From assembly GCF_009914755.1 (NCBI RefSeq), contig NC_060932.1: a stretch of DNA of 64,000 bases, one strand, 5' to 3'. The notes under the pieces were generated by a model. It saw only the letters and a list, made by a program, of their open reading frames with translations. It was not told where the DNA came from and did not search any database. This DNA is from the human T2T-CHM13v2.0 reference genome, Homo sapiens. Positions 61,509 through 64,000 of this stretch are shown here, one piece after another. The position numbers and the translations under genes are program-made. Position 1 is the stretch's first letter; each line of letters opens with the position of its first letter.

Positions 61509-61546
61509 GTGTGTGTATGTGTGTGTGTGTGTGTGTCTGTGTGTGT
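61509..61546. repeat. Imperfect (TG)n
   Basis: Directly visible. Confidence 0.9.
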
Positions 61547-62739
61547 AGCTCAGCAATTACAACAAAACCTCATAAGTTTTGAAAAAAGGTGGGACATAAT
61601 GAACTCATGAGTAGATACCTATCATAATTACACATGCATCCTGTCTTTCTGTGCTAGTATTGTTGAAGATAGCTCTCCTTTAACAAATTGATGATATTTG
61701 AAACCCTTTATGTTCTAAGTAGTTTAAATATCTTCCTTGGACATTATTCATGTTATTAATTTTCTTTGCAATGCCTTCTTTTCAAATGTGCTACAAAGGT
61801 AACCTTCAATCAAGGTTGAATTACTGTTATTTTTAGAGTAGCAGCATCTGAAATGATGAGGTTTGATTGCAAATGTCTTTTTTCCTAGCCATAGGAGTAA
61901 TAATGATAGTTCTTTCCATCAGGTTGAAACAAAGCATATGATCATCCGTGTGAGTATAATGTCTTAGGTGCTTTCCTAGAAATATATTTTATAGTCTGGT
62001 TTAACTAGGGAAAAAAGCAATTGGTAATTGCTAATGAGTTAGAAGTTACTGTTCAGGAATTTTAAGGCAGATTTTCCATTTTTGGGGTAAAAAAGGAACG
62101 ATTCTGATGGGTTTAAGTATATCATCTCTTATGCATTCACATATGGCTTTGTGTGAAAAAGAAAGAGACAGTTCTAAATGGGTAACTTGGCAGGAATGCT
62201 GGTGATAGGAGATGATTTTACAGAGTTGATAGAAAGAGCAGGTTTGGCCTTGAATGCAGAAATCTGGCCTCTGTGGGCTGAATACAGAGAAAGGACAGTG
62301 AATTTCCCAATATTATTGTTCCAAAGGTGTGGCAGCAATATCAAAGCCAAAAATCCATTGTTGGAGCCACAAATCTCAAATTAAAGAATGTTGCAAGCAT
62401 CCCTTTCATGTAATGAACTGGGTCCAGGTTTCATCTGAGTGATAGCTTAATTGCTGGTCAATGACCTTTTATTTTTTTCTTCTGCTTAAGAGATTAAGCT
62501 TTATTCAGGGCACAGCTGAAGAGAGAACAAAGAGTCAGTAAATTAGCAGCATAATCTGTTGAGTCATGAGAACATAAAGCCTTTTCCTACACGCACAGAA
62601 GCATTTCAGCTTGGATGACACAGATCTGTCCTTTAAGGGCCATAGGGATTGTTGCTTCTTCCTCCATCCCTCCCTATAGGTTTAATGCCAGCCACGGTGC
62701 CCCTTTCCCATTTTTATTGTTGAAGTTTTCTATCCTTCC

Positions 62740-64000
62740 TGTGGGGAAAAACATTTCTCTTCTTACTTCCATGAAACTGCTCGTGAAGGTCACCATGGCT
62801 TCAGCCTTGCTACATCCAAAGCTTGGTTCTCAGTCTTCATCCCATCTCACCTTGCAGCAGCAGCCGACACAGTCGCTCACTCTCTCTTCCAGCAAACATT
62901 TTCTTCTCTTGACTTCCAAGACTCTGCACTTTCCCTCCTACCTCTTCTGCTGCTGGATACATCTTCCCAGATGCTTGCTGCTTCCTTCTCTTTTCATTGA
63001 CACATCCAGGGCTCAGACCTTAGATCGCTCCTTTTTCTCTGCCTTCCACATGCTCTTGGAAATCTCATTTGGTCTCATGGCTGTCTGTGCCGCAAACTCC
63101 CACACGAGCACCTCCAGCCCACACCTGTCCCTGAATTCCAGACTCACAGAGCCAACCATCTATTCCATGTCTCTGCATTTCCACCTTCACGTGTCTGAAA
63201 CTGAACTCTAGATCTTTCTTCCAAGTTGGCTTTCCTTGCCTTCTTTCACATCTCAGTTAAGGACAGCTTCATGTGTTTAAGTGCCCGAGCCAATTGTCTT
63301 GGAAGCATCCCTGACTCCTCTCTTTTGCTCACATTCCACATCTAACCTTTCAAAAAACCCTAATATCTGGAATCTCGTTACCACTTCTTACTATCTCCAC
63401 TGCAACCACTTTGGTCTGATCCACAAACATCCCTTGCATGGATTCTTGCAGTTGCCTTTTAGCTGGTCTTCAAGCTTCCATCCTTGTCCTCCAAGGTTGA
63501 TTCTCCCCATTACTCTCAAAGTAGACCAAGGCCCTCATTAAGACCAATGAGGCTCTGCATGATCTGTCCCTTCCCCCAACCATTCCCTCTCTGACTCCTC
63601 TTCCTGTCACTCATCCATTTCAGACACCATGGCCTCTTTGCTGTACCTTTAACTTTCTAGATGTGTTTCTATTTTAGGGCCTTTGCACCTGTGGTTCTCT
63701 CTGCCTGGAATGTTCTTTCCCAGACATGTGCATCATGAACTCCCTCACTTAAAATCTCTGATGTCATTTTCTTGCTGAGGTCACCTTGACAACCCTAAGT
63801 ACCATTGCAACCCTCTCCCTCCAGCCCTGCTGACTCTCCTGCTCTATTATTTTTCTATAACAATTATCATCTAGTAAGATATTATATAATATGCTTATTT
63901 TTATGCTTTTGACAATTGTCAGCCATTTCCCACTAGAATGTAATCTTCATGGGGGCGGGGACTCTGTCTGTTTTGTACCCCAGCACCTATGATGGTATAT
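62740..64000 (+). mobile_element. L2a-type element, 3' ~1.2 kb
   Basis: TCGTGAAGGTCACCA..., GTCTGAAACTGAACTC, AGGGCCTTTGCACCTGTGGTTCTCTCTGCCTGGAATGTTCTT, CCACTAGAATGTAA. Explains ORF 62615-63211. Confidence 0.85.

Noticed and set aside
62615-63211. Longest ORF (198 aa)
   Set aside because: It mostly overlaps an old L2 element, is S/L-rich, and shows no recognisable protein homology or exon evidence.

Overview
This is primate (human-like) non-coding genomic DNA, most of it recognisable interspersed repeat. I can support no intact protein-coding gene. The ORF track consists of Alu, L1 and microsatellite read-throughs plus one pseudogene fragment. Recognisable content: about 35 Alu elements or fragments, L1/L2/MIR remnants, and many LTR elements. 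These include a MER4-group provirus end joined to a 5'-truncated LTR8, back-to-back solo LTR13A and MER11 (HERV-K superfamily) elements with perfect 6-bp TSDs, LTR33, LTR16, MER21, MER34, MER67, MLT1/MLT2 and MST. There is also a full-length processed RPS3A pseudogene inserted in an MLT1 LTR, and two U6 snRNA retrocopies. I see no evidence of a new multi-gene system. The most unusual signals are small. They are a 58-bp near-perfect palindrome in repeat-poor DNA at about 61.35 kb, three fold-back/templated-insertion scars (2.55, 39.5 and 41.05 kb), a class III ERV gag/RNase H remnant fused to MER4-type internal sequence, and a rare (GAC)7 STR in an Alu tail. Repeat subfamily names come from recalled consensus sequences, not a database search. 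Boundaries of old repeats are approximate.
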